From the sequence record MT884009.2: 64,000 bases of DNA; one strand, given 5' to 3'. A program made the translations under genes and the position numbers. This stretch comes from Escherichia phage vb_EcoM_bov11CS3. A model generated the notes under the pieces. The model was given only the letters and a program-made list of their open reading frames with translations. It made no database searches and was not told the origin of the DNA. Shown here piece after piece: positions 44,409 to 53,729 of the stretch (position 1 is the stretch's first letter; every line of letters begins with the position of its first letter).

Positions 44409-45293
44409 TTATTTCCCGTTAACTTTGTTGTAGTTTCCCTGCTCAGAGGGGACTATGGTAGAAGGTCTTCCATATTCCTGATAATACCAATCCGCAGCCG
44501 ATTGGGTAACACCGTTTTCATCTGTCCACATCATAGATTTGTATGGCTGCCACTCCTCTGCAGCGTTTGTGGATGCAGTGTCTGCGAATGCTCCTGTGTC
44601 CCTCTTGTTACCCACGTTACTGCCATTCTTACAGTCGTTGACAGCACCTTTTTGCTGGGTTTTGCCTACTTTCTTAGGATTGCTGTATACAGTTGCATTA
44701 ACAACCTTATTCAAGTAGAATGTGCGGAACTCTGTAAGCTCTACATCAAACACCATTGCAGCGCCTTCACCAACAGACTTGTTGGCAGAAAGACTGGTTA
44801 TGATGTAGTTCTCAAGAAGTCTCTCCTCGGTAACCAAAGAAACCAACTGTCGCTTATTGATAATCTCAGTCAAAGCCTCCAATGCAGCGCCTGGTCGCAT
44901 AGATGCTGCAGGGTTTTTAGAGTCAGTATTCCTATCAATGTAGTTTTGCTCATAAATTATGTGTGGGGATGTATTTACCCTACCAGTAAAAGAAAATACA
45001 CCATCTTTAATTACAGCGTGGTCTGACAGGGTAGATTTATCTTCCACCGCAAACCCAGTCTTATCAACAGAATGTTTGAAAGAGTAATTCTCAACCTGAT
45101 CGAAGATAATGGCAAGATCGTTAGTAAAGTTTTTACCCTTCATCTCCGTATTGCGACCGCCATAGTTAAGACCGCTGACAAACATAGTGTACTTTACATC
45201 GCTTTCAGTTTGCTGCTCTGCCTTTTCAGCCTTTGGAGATTTAACCTCTTGAGGCTTGTACAGGTCTTTTTCATCAACTATATTGCTTGGCAT
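44409..45293 (-). CDS. tail protein, 294 aa (start moved to ATG 45293)
   Basis: GGAGAGG lies 3 nt upstream of ATG 45293; the track start at 45320 has no RBS. Confidence 0.5.
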   Translation of the reverse strand: MPSNIVDEKDLYKPQEVKSPKAEKAEQQTESDVKYTMFVSGLNYGGRNTEMKGKNFTNDLAIIFDQVENYSFKHSVDKTGFAVEDKSTLSDHAVIKDGVFSFTGRVNTSPHIIYEQNYIDRNTDSKNPAASMRPGAALEALTEIINKRQLVSLVTEERLLENYIITSLSANKSVGEGAAMVFDVELTEFRTFYLNKVVNATVYSNPKKVGKTQQKGAVNDCKNGSNVGNKRDTGAFADTASTNAAEEWQPYKSMMWTDENGVTQSAADWYYQEYGRPSTIVPSEQGNYNKVNGK

Positions 45294-45326
45294 AACCTCT
45301 CCAGGACACTCCGATACCATCTAGAT

Positions 45327-45355
45327 ATTGTATCATAAAATAGCCGTTTTTACAA
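45327..45355 (-). promoter_or_regulatory. sigma70-like promoter with extended -10
   Basis: Minus-strand TTGTAA (rc 45350-45355), 17-nt spacer, TGATACAAT (rc 45327-45335). Confidence 0.4.
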
Positions 45356-45357
45356 CA

Positions 45358-45387
45358 CCGATAAAATAAAGGGGGCCGGAGCCCCCC
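45358..45387 (-). terminator. Rho-independent terminator after the tape measure gene
   Basis: Long GC stem (plus strand GGGGGCCGGAGCCCCCC, 45371-45387) followed on the minus strand by TTTATTTTAT. Confidence 0.55.
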
Positions 45388-45398
45388 TGCACAGTTTA

Positions 45399-47735
45399 TT
45401 ACCAAAGGTCGGTAGACATGAAGTTGATATCTTTATTGTTCTCCCACTCAAGTTTTGCATCAAATATTTTGTTAAACTCACCCTCATCTATTGAAATCGT
45501 GATTTTCCCATCACTGATCTCTAAAGGTAGCATTTCCATAGTTCTTAATTGAGAAGCAAAACCAGGGCCACCCGGCAACGGAAGAGTCCCGCCCGGTAAG
45601 GTGTCCAAAGGATTAACAAACCCGTTACCTCCCGATATGATATCTTTGCGAATCATATCGCTGATAGTATCCAGCTGCTGATTTCTTTCACTTAGTGGGT
45701 TGTAACGGTCATTAAATAATTCCCCGGCGCTTAGTATTGTACCGATAATGCCCAGCTTACCGAGCAGACCAACTTTGCCACCAGGTGTCTTGAGGCCACC
45801 TCCACCTTTTCCTGCCGGAGCTCCACCACCAGATCCTTCTGTAGTAGCGGCACCCGCTGCTCCAGCTGCACCCCTTAGAGAGTTAAGGAATTTAAAGGTT
45901 TTTACAAGCATAGATGCCATGACAAAACCTTTTGTTAGGGCGTTGACGACCAGCATGATGGCAGCAGCAAACCCTGCCCATTTAGCATAGCTAAAGGTGT
46001 CATGAAGCTCTTCAGAATATTCCTTCGTCTTGGCTGTTATGAACCCCCATTTAATCCCCCACTCAAGGAAAAACATGCGGATCTTGACTATAGTGTTGTT
46101 TAGTTCACCAACTACCCAGTTAAGGCCTCTCACAAACCCGCTAACAAAATCACCAGAGGCATCCCACACAAATTGCAGAGTCTCACCAGTGCGGATTAGT
46201 GTATAATAGAACTCTGTTAGTTCGTCAGACCAACGGGTGAACAGTTTCTGACGAGTCAGTTCGATAAAGGTTTTCAGTCTGTTTTCTGCCAGCACGTTAG
46301 ACTTCTGCATTCTTTCATAACCAGCTGCAGATGCCTCGTTCATGTACTTAGCCACATACTTCATGATCTTGGCTGTTTTAACCTCGCCTTTCTTCATCAT
46401 ATCCATGAACTGATCCATGGAGAGTTCAGAAAGACCAAAAGCCTCTTTGGTGGCCTTGATAAAAGGTTCGTATGCACCAGGCAATGCTTCAGCAAGCTGT
46501 TGCTTCAGTTCCTCGGACATTACTTGTCCCTTGCCAAGCATCTGTTGGATTGCCATAATACCGCGCTGGTATTTTACCTCATCGGCACCATAAGCAGCAG
46601 CATACTGGGAGTATGCAGAAAACAGCTCATGCACTTCCTGATTTGTCATCTGGTTTTTGGCGTTTACCGACATCTGGGCGTAACCTTGAAGACCAGATTT
46701 GAGATCAAAACCAAGACGCATAGCCTCTTGCTGGACAAACGCAACCTCACTGTTGGCTTTGTTTGGATCTCCAGTAACAGCAGTAAGAGCAGCACTTGCC
46801 CCCTCCATCATGTGACCGGATCTGTTAACCGCAGCAAATCCAGAAAAAGCTGTATACGCAGCTGTTGCATTAATAACAGATCTACGTAAGTCTCTCATGG
46901 CATCGCCTAGTGTAAGCGTTTGACTGGTGGCGCTTTTAAACCCAGACTGCAGCGCTGACAGGTGGGCGTTAAAGGTTGACTTCTTCATCTCCCCGCGAGC
47001 AAACCTGGACTCTAACTCTGAGTATCCTGGCAAGCTTCCACGGAATCCGGCCCCATACTTGGCAGAAAGTCTTATCGCGGAGTTGTAGAGGTGGGTTCTC
47101 CTTGCCTCACGATCCGACATAAGCCTATTATCCATACCAGCTTTACTGTCTCTTCTTAGCTGTCTATGATAACGATTCATAGCGGCTGTCTGAGCTTTCA
47201 CAAGGTTAGGGTCGGAAGCCACACCACCCATATTAGGGTTACCGGGGATATATTTGAAAGATTTGGCATTAGCCAAAACTCTTGCCTTAGGTGCCTTATA
47301 ACCACCGTAAGACACTGGTGCAGATTTGGCAGCCTTTTTGGCCTCTTTAGCTTGCTGCTGGTAGAACTTACGCATCCTAGCCATTTCTGGATTTTTAGCG
47401 GTAAGATTACCTACAGCTTGTTTACGTCTCGCATTCTCCCTACGTTCTATTGCAGCCCTTACTGCAGCCTCTTTCTTGGCCTGTGCTACGCTCTCTCTGT
47501 GCAGTTTAGCATTTGCCTGAGATTGCTGTCTGGCAACCCTCTGCATTGTCTGCTGGGTTTTAACAGCTACCGCCTGCCATCTACTCATGGGGTTGGCTGA
47601 GTTAAAATCCTCGCCCAGTTTCCTGAACTCCCTCCCAATACTGCGAATTTTCTCTACAGCTTTTTTGTAGGAGGAGTTCTCTATCTCAAAGCCAATCTTG
47701 TTGACTGTTGTGGCAACTATTTTGTTTGTAGCCAT
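45399..47735 (-). CDS. tail tape measure protein, 778 aa
   Basis: Ala/Gln-rich helical sequence, Gly-rich C-terminal region, located directly downstream of the chaperone frameshift pair. Confidence 0.7.
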   Translation of the reverse strand: MATNKIVATTVNKIGFEIENSSYKKAVEKIRSIGREFRKLGEDFNSANPMSRWQAVAVKTQQTMQRVARQQSQANAKLHRESVAQAKKEAAVRAAIERRENARRKQAVGNLTAKNPEMARMRKFYQQQAKEAKKAAKSAPVSYGGYKAPKARVLANAKSFKYIPGNPNMGGVASDPNLVKAQTAAMNRYHRQLRRDSKAGMDNRLMSDREARRTHLYNSAIRLSAKYGAGFRGSLPGYSELESRFARGEMKKSTFNAHLSALQSGFKSATSQTLTLGDAMRDLRRSVINATAAYTAFSGFAAVNRSGHMMEGASAALTAVTGDPNKANSEVAFVQQEAMRLGFDLKSGLQGYAQMSVNAKNQMTNQEVHELFSAYSQYAAAYGADEVKYQRGIMAIQQMLGKGQVMSEELKQQLAEALPGAYEPFIKATKEAFGLSELSMDQFMDMMKKGEVKTAKIMKYVAKYMNEASAAGYERMQKSNVLAENRLKTFIELTRQKLFTRWSDELTEFYYTLIRTGETLQFVWDASGDFVSGFVRGLNWVVGELNNTIVKIRMFFLEWGIKWGFITAKTKEYSEELHDTFSYAKWAGFAAAIMLVVNALTKGFVMASMLVKTFKFLNSLRGAAGAAGAATTEGSGGGAPAGKGGGGLKTPGGKVGLLGKLGIIGTILSAGELFNDRYNPLSERNQQLDTISDMIRKDIISGGNGFVNPLDTLPGGTLPLPGGPGFASQLRTMEMLPLEISDGKITISIDEGEFNKIFDAKLEWENNKDINFMSTDLW

Positions 47736-47789
47736 GGTTTCCTCATAATAAAAAGGGCCAGATCCCAGAAAAGGAATCCGGCCCTTAGA

Positions 47790-48155
47790 TTATCCTCTCC
47801 TGCGCTTAGCTTTCGCAGCAGCTGCGGCAGCCTTCTGCTCCCGCTCCATTTCCCTGTTTTGGACGGTATCTAGGAATTCTTCGATATCAAGATACTCACA
47901 GAGCTTCAGGAAATACGCCATATCTGCAAGATTTAGCGATTCAAAATTTTCCCCTTTGAAATTCTTGAGCACCCTGCACCAAAGAAAGTCGAACCAGTTG
48001 AGTGAACTGTTCTTGGCTGCCCACTCACTGGCCCTCACAACAACCTTGCTTATTCCTGCTCTTCCGGAGTCTGATCCAGGTTGTTCACCTGCTGAATCAT
48101 ACCCATCTGCTGTAACATCTCCAGAAGGCTTCCTAAACCGTCTTGTGTGAAAAAA
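47790..48155 (-). CDS. -1 frame extension of the tail assembly chaperone (frameshift product C-terminal part)
   Basis: The -1 frame is open from 48164 to the stop at 47790 and overlaps the last ~37 codons of the 157-aa gene; slippery heptamer at 48149-48155. Confidence 0.55.
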   Translation of the reverse strand, partial: FFHTRRFRKPSGDVTADGYDSAGEQPGSDSGRAGISKVVVRASEWAAKNSSLNWFDFLWCRVLKNFKGENFESLNLADMAYFLKLCEYLDIEEFLDTVQNREMEREQKAAAAAAKAKRRRG

Positions 48156-48523
48156 CAGCCGTAGTTAACCTCCAGAACCTTACCTGCCAGCTTAATCATC
48201 TCCAGCAGATGCCCCGCAAACACAACATCCGGGTTAAGCTTATCCACACCATCTACGGTAATATCTTCGAACAAGATTTTAAATAGCTCTTCAATAGAGT
48301 TATCATCAAGTTCTTGGAACAGGTAAGCCAGAGCAGTAGGAAGGACCTCTGCCATGTTCTGACCGCCTGAGATAATAGATCCACCGATAGCACCTAGCGG
48401 GACAGCCACAATCTTACCGATTTTAGGCATGTTTTTCATTGCTTTCATCGGTCCCCAATGGGTGATCACAAAGTTGTGCCCTGCTAAATCAACCTCTGTT
48501 GTAGGTCTAAAGTTTATAGCCAT
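48050..48523 (-). CDS. tail assembly chaperone, 157 aa (short form)
   Basis: Position between tube and tape measure genes; AAGGA before ATG 48523. Confidence 0.6.
   Translation of the reverse strand: MAINFRPTTEVDLAGHNFVITHWGPMKAMKNMPKIGKIVAVPLGAIGGSIISGGQNMAEVLPTALAYLFQELDDNSIEELFKILFEDITVDGVDKLNPDVVFAGHLLEMIKLAGKVLEVNYGCFFTQDGLGSLLEMLQQMGMIQQVNNLDQTPEEQE
48149..48155 (-). other. programmed -1 ribosomal frameshift slippery site T_TTT_TTC
   Basis: Sense GGC TGT TTT TTC ACA in the zero frame (YGCFFTQ); heptamer sits 9 nt after the -1 frame opens. Confidence 0.6.
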
Positions 48524-48566
48524 TTTATAGCATCCTTATTAGTCATGTTGTGCACCATATTTGTGT

Positions 48567-48595
48567 ATTTTACCATGATTATGGTGCATTGTCAA
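48567..48595 (-). promoter_or_regulatory. sigma70-like promoter overlapped by an inverted repeat
   Basis: Minus-strand TTGACA (rc 48590-48595), 17-nt spacer, TAAAAT (rc 48567-48572); TGCACCAT (48551-48558) and ATGGTGCA (48581-48588) form an 8-bp inverted repeat across the promoter. Confidence 0.45.
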
Positions 48596-48630
48596 TTTAA
48601 CCTTTCAAGCAATTCAAGAACGTGTGTCAA

Positions 48631-48667
48631 AACCATAAAAGCAAAAAGCCCCACCCGAAGGTGAGGC
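48631..48667 (-). terminator. Rho-independent terminator after the tail tube gene
   Basis: GCCTCACC-TTCG-GGTGGGGC stem (one G-U pair) followed by TTTTTGCTTTTAT on the minus strand. Confidence 0.55.
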
Positions 48668-48685
48668 TTATGCTAAAGTGTGCCC

Positions 48686-49159
48686 TTAGATAATACCTGC
48701 AAGACCTGCGAGGCCAGTAAGAGCACCAGTGATGTTATCACGGTTGAGCCATGCATCCAGAATACCGATATCCCAGTCCAGCTGACCTACTTCGGTTCCG
48801 TAAGTCAGGTCAGGCTGTTTCTGGATCCAACCAATTGTGGAAATACCAGGACCCTGGCTACCTTCCAGCAGAACCGGGAAGAATACCAGGCCAGTAATCG
48901 ATGCCTGTTTCTGCCAGTCAGAAAGGTAAGCGTTCCATACAGAAGTGTTCTGCAAAGATACAGTCATAACACCAGATTGGTTACGAGACAGGGCAGCAGA
49001 CATTTCGCCATCAACACCAACATGAGGGTAGATGTTGTCTTCGTTTCTTGAAACAACGATCTTGGTGTCAGCAGCGAAGCCAGTGACACGCTGCTGCATC
49101 AGGTACAGTTTGACCTTTTTAGGGTCATACGCATAAGGAGTTAAAATTTGAGTTTCCAT
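48686..49159 (-). CDS. tail tube protein, 157 aa
   Basis: Directly downstream of the sheath gene; size typical. Confidence 0.6.
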   Translation of the reverse strand: METQILTPYAYDPKKVKLYLMQQRVTGFAADTKIVVSRNEDNIYPHVGVDGEMSAALSRNQSGVMTVSLQNTSVWNAYLSDWQKQASITGLVFFPVLLEGSQGPGISTIGWIQKQPDLTYGTEVGQLDWDIGILDAWLNRDNITGALTGLAGLAGII

Positions 49160-49169
49160 CTAGTCTTCC

Positions 49170-50546
49170 TTATTCAGTCATTGCAACAGCATTGGTGGAT
49201 TTAGAACCAACTTTGTCCAGAAGGACGTTGATCCGGATACGAACGAAGTGCAGGGCGTTGTTATACACCAGTTCTACTTTCACACCTTCCAGAACACGAG
49301 CAGCCAACTGATTGGTTGGGATTTCTGCACGTTTAGGAACTGTGATGATCGGGTCGTAGAATACATTATTGTCTTCGTCAAAACCTGTCAGAATCGCACC
49401 ATTCTTAATGCCAGTATTGATCGGGTTGTTCATCAGAACAGACTTGATAACCGGAAGATCATCATCAGACATCTTCATGCTTAAACCCATATTGGAGCGG
49501 CGATGCATGTATCCGAACATGGATTCTTCAGATCTGAACTTGATCCAGTGTGCAAAACGAATAGCGTCTGCATACTGACCTGAAGCACACTTACCTTCCC
49601 AGAAAGCGCCAACACCGTTAATCATTCTGTAGAAGTTAACGTGGTTTTCCCAAATAGCCATACGCTGAGTTAAAGTCAGAGACGGTGCAATCACACCTGG
49701 CATCTGTTTTAAGTGCAAGCTGTCGCCGTAAGACGGATCGTTGGATGCCATAGCACCTATGATACCACCCTCCGGGAAGTCCTTATCTGCACGAGGATCG
49801 TACATGCCGACACTGTCATATTGTGCAGCTTTCAGTTTGGTGGCGATGTTATTATCTTTACCAGTCACATCTTCTGCAGTAGAGTAGACATGCAGCTTGT
49901 AGTTAGCCTGAGCCCACTTAGCACATGCTTCAATGTCGGTGTGGTCTTCATGGCACAGGAAGTACCAATTGTCACGCTCAGCATTGATCTTATCAACTAC
50001 TGTAGAAGGTTTTTCAGCATTGGCGATATTTTTGATTGTATAGTTACCAGTATGGTAACCAACAGTACAGTCACCAGTGATGGTGATAACACCATCAGCA
50101 GCCTCTACAGTGATATCGTCCAAGTTATCATCTGCTTCGATTTTAGTCTTCATTGACTCTGCAATCTGAGTTGCAGCTGTTCCACCAGAGATAGGGACTA
50201 TCAAAGAGGTATTGTAGCTACCTTTTGCAATAGTCATTACGACATCGGTATCAGCTGCGGCAGCAATACCTTTAAAATCTACAGTGGTCTTTTCTTTGGC
50301 CTGTCTGCCGATCATAACGTATTGTGGAGGGAATACACCACCAAAAGCTTTTGCTGCAAACTCATACGCTGCAGAGCCTTGTGCGAAACCATCTTCCACC
50401 ATCTGATCCAGCTCTGCATATACGCGAGCTCGCTCAGTAAAGTTGTTGTGGATAGCGATGAACAGGGGAGTTTCGAAACCTACAGTGTCAATAGGCTGGG
50501 TTCCGAGGTTAACTGTAACATCTACCACTTTATCTAAATATGGCAT
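49170..50546 (-). CDS. tail sheath protein, 458 aa
   Basis: Size, position before the tube gene, sheath-like composition. Confidence 0.7.
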   Translation of the reverse strand: MPYLDKVVDVTVNLGTQPIDTVGFETPLFIAIHNNFTERARVYAELDQMVEDGFAQGSAAYEFAAKAFGGVFPPQYVMIGRQAKEKTTVDFKGIAAAADTDVVMTIAKGSYNTSLIVPISGGTAATQIAESMKTKIEADDNLDDITVEAADGVITITGDCTVGYHTGNYTIKNIANAEKPSTVVDKINAERDNWYFLCHEDHTDIEACAKWAQANYKLHVYSTAEDVTGKDNNIATKLKAAQYDSVGMYDPRADKDFPEGGIIGAMASNDPSYGDSLHLKQMPGVIAPSLTLTQRMAIWENHVNFYRMINGVGAFWEGKCASGQYADAIRFAHWIKFRSEESMFGYMHRRSNMGLSMKMSDDDLPVIKSVLMNNPINTGIKNGAILTGFDEDNNVFYDPIITVPKRAEIPTNQLAARVLEGVKVELVYNNALHFVRIRINVLLDKVGSKSTNAVAMTE

Positions 50547-50586
50547 TTGTTTCCTCTTAATATCTGTGCACGGATATCAAACACGC

Positions 50587-50614
50587 AGTGTAATCATTAC
50601 ACTACACAATTATA
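50587..50614 (-). promoter_or_regulatory. TATAAT element plus perfect 17-bp palindrome upstream of the sheath gene
   Basis: Minus-strand TATAAT (rc 50609-50614) followed by palindrome AGTGTAAT-C-ATTACACT (50587-50603); no good -35. Confidence 0.4.
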
Positions 50615-50618
50615 ACGA

Positions 50619-51170
50619 TTACTGACCACTGTCTGTAACCGCTTTACCAGAATTGGGTGAAGGGAAGTGTGTGGTTATTTCAGCCTTAATTCCCTGAAGA
50701 TCCTCAAAAGCCCCAATGTCTGTTTCAACAAACCTTACGTTAAATGTCAGCATCACAGTGGCTCTATTTTCATACGTCTGCTTATTCAACGGCACTCTTT
50801 GAGGTGAGATTGTTGAATTGTTAGAGTAGGCAAAGCACGATCCCAGAGGGAAATACTTGTCATAAAACATTGGAAGGTTTATTGCTTGCAATACTCTGCT
50901 AAGTGCAGCATATGCCCTGCCACGATAAGCTGTTAACAGATAAGTAACAGTGTAGCTGTGGGTGACGTAAGCATTACCCTCCGCATCTTGAAACTCATTA
51001 TCTTCCCAAGTGGTGGGATTGATCGCCAAGGTTTGTAAAAGCACAAACTCACCTTCCGGCTTCGGTATGGTAGAGCTTTCTGCCAAAACTACAGTTCTTC
51101 CTGTGGCAACCTTGACAAGCTTAGCAATGGTTGTTTCAAGATCAGAAAAAACTTTTTCGAAAGCTTCCAT
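50619..51170 (-). CDS. tail completion/neck protein, 183 aa
   Basis: Position between head and sheath genes. Confidence 0.4.
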   Translation of the reverse strand: MEAFEKVFSDLETTIAKLVKVATGRTVVLAESSTIPKPEGEFVLLQTLAINPTTWEDNEFQDAEGNAYVTHSYTVTYLLTAYRGRAYAALSRVLQAINLPMFYDKYFPLGSCFAYSNNSTISPQRVPLNKQTYENRATVMLTFNVRFVETDIGAFEDLQGIKAEITTHFPSPNSGKAVTDSGQ

Positions 51171-51595
51171 CAGTCTTCTCCTTCAGGCTCTTCTACCACA
51201 AAAAATCTATATCTCCCACCACCAGAGGTAACATATGCATCGCATTTTAAAACGGTAAACCATTTCAAGTCACCACGGATGTCAGGCAGCTGAATTTGAT
51301 CAGCCATTGCATATGTTCCTTCATCTGGACTATACAACTTGGTTGAGGAGTAGACTGTAAAAGCCTCGTACTGTCTGTCACCTTCTGGATTTATTTGAGA
51401 GGAGTAATCTTTAGCTGCCCTTCCTGTCAACGGCTGCACAACACACTCTAAGACATCAAACTCTTCATACTCAAATTCTAACCCCTCGTTAGCAAAAGGA
51501 CCACCAACTGTTTTGTTATACACTCTGTGGCGACCTTTGAATGTTTTACGGGGTATTAGCCTGTTCTTTCCTATCAGCTTATAACCTGCTGCCAC
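51170..51595 (-). CDS. head-tail joining protein, 141 aa
   Basis: Position; overlapping stop/start. Confidence 0.4.
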   Translation of the reverse strand: MAAGYKLIGKNRLIPRKTFKGRHRVYNKTVGGPFANEGLEFEYEEFDVLECVVQPLTGRAAKDYSSQINPEGDRQYEAFTVYSSTKLYSPDEGTYAMADQIQLPDIRGDLKWFTVLKCDAYVTSGGGRYRFFVVEEPEGED

Positions 51596-51604
51596 TCAAC
51601 CCCC

Positions 51605-52081
51605 TTATTTTTGCTGTCCAATTTTAAAGGTTGCAGATTCCAGCAGCACATCGTAATGCCGCATAGCCTCGTTGAAGCCCTTCTCTTGTGCCCACTGCTC
51701 ACTAACAGTAGGGTTACTAAACTGACCAGCCTCAATAACAAACTGGATAGCTTTGGCCCCTGTGTCCCCCATCTGCTTAAGAATAGCCTCTGCACTTGAT
51801 CCTCTAGCCATAGCTCTCAACAATTTTTCTGTCAAGGTCTGTAGTTGAGTGCTGTGAAATGCAAAAGCTGTCTCCATGAAATTGCGAACAGGCAGCCCGT
51901 TCCAACCGAAGTTGTGAATGGCTGCCAATGTTGCCATATTTAAGCCTGACGGGTGAGGTTCGTCATAAAAGCCGTAGGTTATTGTTTTACTTTCAAGTCT
52001 CACAAGTTCTTTGTAGAAGCGATCTAAACGCTTTAGGTTGAACCTTGTTTGACATTTAACCTTTAGCATTATATCCCTCAC
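51605..52081 (-). CDS. head-tail connector/virion protein, 158 aa
   Basis: Position. Confidence 0.4.
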   Translation of the reverse strand: MRDIMLKVKCQTRFNLKRLDRFYKELVRLESKTITYGFYDEPHPSGLNMATLAAIHNFGWNGLPVRNFMETAFAFHSTQLQTLTEKLLRAMARGSSAEAILKQMGDTGAKAIQFVIEAGQFSNPTVSEQWAQEKGFNEAMRHYDVLLESATFKIGQQK

Positions 52082-52122
52082 TAATGTATTTTACCACAAA
52101 GATACATCAAAAGCAACAATTT

Positions 52123-52743
52123 TTAAAAACTGCGTTTGCGTCTTGGGTGGCGAGGAGGTTGGTTATTTAGACCGCTGATAGGTGTAATCCCCTGGACATC
52201 GAACGGTCCGTTGCTGTTTTCATTAAATTTAACCCGAATTCCTTCGTCTACACGAACACCACCAATGATAATCATTCTGCTGTAAGCATCTAGCTCAGAA
52301 TCTACATAGTCTGGGTGTGCCAGCAGCCAATCAAGGAAATCCTTCCATTGGGCGTAGGAAGATCCACCACGAATCTCTATGGTCTCATCACCTATTTTTT
52401 CCAGACGGGAAGTTATACTTGCATTACCGCTGGACACTTCCTGCATCATCAGCCACCGCACCAGCTGCACAAGCACATTGTACTTAAGTAGAGGTAGCTT
52501 ATCAGGATCTGCCGGATAATTTAGTTTCAACTTCTCCATGTCAAGGAATGTTTTAATTACCTCATCAGGGAGGGTTTCCTCATCAACATTGCCAAGCAAC
52601 AACCTCATAATATTAATAAGAGGTTGGTCTGGATCAGGTTCCGGAGGTACAGGATCTTCTTTTGGTGGTTCTTCTGGGGTATCGACTACACCATCATGGT
52701 TAGGCGGTGACGGGATAATCTCTTCATCTTCATACCATGCCAT
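52123..52743 (-). CDS. virion protein with Pro/Glu-rich N-terminal region, 206 aa (start moved to ATG 52743)
   Basis: GAGGT 10 nt upstream of ATG 52743; a terminator hairpin occupies the track-extended N-terminus. Confidence 0.45.
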   Translation of the reverse strand: MAWYEDEEIIPSPPNHDGVVDTPEEPPKEDPVPPEPDPDQPLINIMRLLLGNVDEETLPDEVIKTFLDMEKLKLNYPADPDKLPLLKYNVLVQLVRWLMMQEVSSGNASITSRLEKIGDETIEIRGGSSYAQWKDFLDWLLAHPDYVDSELDAYSRMIIIGGVRVDEGIRVKFNENSNGPFDVQGITPISGLNNQPPRHPRRKRSF

Positions 52744-52755
52744 TTGAAAATACCT

Positions 52756-52792
52756 CGTAAAAATAAAGCCCCATTCCTGATTTGGAAGGGGC
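52756..52792 (-). terminator. Rho-independent terminator-like hairpin
   Basis: GCCCCTTCC...GGAATGGGGC stem followed by TTTATTTTTACG on the minus strand. Confidence 0.45.
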
Positions 52793-52802
52793 CTTAACAA
52801 AA

Positions 52803-53648
52803 TTATGCCAGTGCAGCCTCAAAATCTTTCATCATATTTTGGAAAGTTTTTGCCTTACTTAAGATAACACCGTGCTCTTTGGCGAAGGTTTGGAGTGCAT
52901 CTTTTGAACCACTTTTGTCATCTTCGTTGTTAAGAGCTGCGGCCTGCTGCAGTATGGCATCAACATCACTGCGAGAAGATCTTGATTCTTGTGCCTGTTC
53001 AGGATCCTGCTCAGTGCCTCCCGGTGCAGCCGGATCTGGGGATTCTTCACCGCCACCACCTGGTTCAGTAGGACCTACAGGTGGCTCCGGCTCTGGTTCA
53101 GGCAGTGGAGCTACCGTAGAAACCAGCCCAAGATTTACAACCTGAGAACGTTTCTTAGGCCACTCGATGGTGAAAGTTTGGGTATCTTCTTCATAAACAA
53201 TGTTGCATTGCTCATCGTTTATGGTCACTTTTTTAGGCATACCTTCAGGGTCCCACAGATGGCCCTCTGCCACGGAAACTTTGAAAGCAGCATCTACCTC
53301 TTTAAACACTGACGGAGTGAGTGTAATATTAACATCCCCGCTTTGCAGTGTTAAAGTGCTTTCATCAAGGTTCTCTGTGAAGAACAGAAGAATAACACCC
53401 ATACGGATAGTTGAAATACCAGTATCAATTGGCAGGCCTGTGTGTTTTGCAATCTTCTCGAAGAAGTCTACAATCGTTCTGCATGGATAGTGAACACTGC
53501 CAATAACGAACTCTGTTGGTGGCAGCAGGGCTGATAAACCAACATTGATTTCTGGATTATATTGTGCTAAAAATTGATAAAAACTTAACTGATTGTTGAA
53601 AACTCTTAATAGAGGATCATACTCAACTGGATATACGGCTCTCTTCAC
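52803..53648 (-). CDS. virion protein with Pro/Glu/Gly-rich linker, 281 aa
   Basis: Linker PLPEPEPEPPVGPTEPGGGGEESPDPAAPGG between two domains; immediately downstream of the capsid gene. Confidence 0.45.
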   Translation of the reverse strand: MKRAVYPVEYDPLLRVFNNQLSFYQFLAQYNPEINVGLSALLPPTEFVIGSVHYPCRTIVDFFEKIAKHTGLPIDTGISTIRMGVILLFFTENLDESTLTLQSGDVNITLTPSVFKEVDAAFKVSVAEGHLWDPEGMPKKVTINDEQCNIVYEEDTQTFTIEWPKKRSQVVNLGLVSTVAPLPEPEPEPPVGPTEPGGGGEESPDPAAPGGTEQDPEQAQESRSSRSDVDAILQQAAALNNEDDKSGSKDALQTFAKEHGVILSKAKTFQNMMKDFEAALA

Positions 53649-53667
53649 GGGACACTCCTGTTAAACC

Positions 53668-53705
53668 CTAATAAATAAAAAGGGGAGGGGGAGAACCCCC
53701 TCCCC
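53668..53705 (-). terminator. strong Rho-independent terminator after the major capsid gene
   Basis: 10-bp GC stem GGGGAGGGGG-TTCT-CCCCCTCCCC followed by TTTTTATTTATT on the minus strand. Confidence 0.65.
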
Positions 53706-53729
53706 ATATGGGATGAATCACCTTAGTGA

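Noticed and set aside
44334-45026. Plus-strand 230-aa ORF overlapping the 126-aa and 294-aa tail genes
   Set aside because: Antisense shadow; Cys-rich low-complexity translation.
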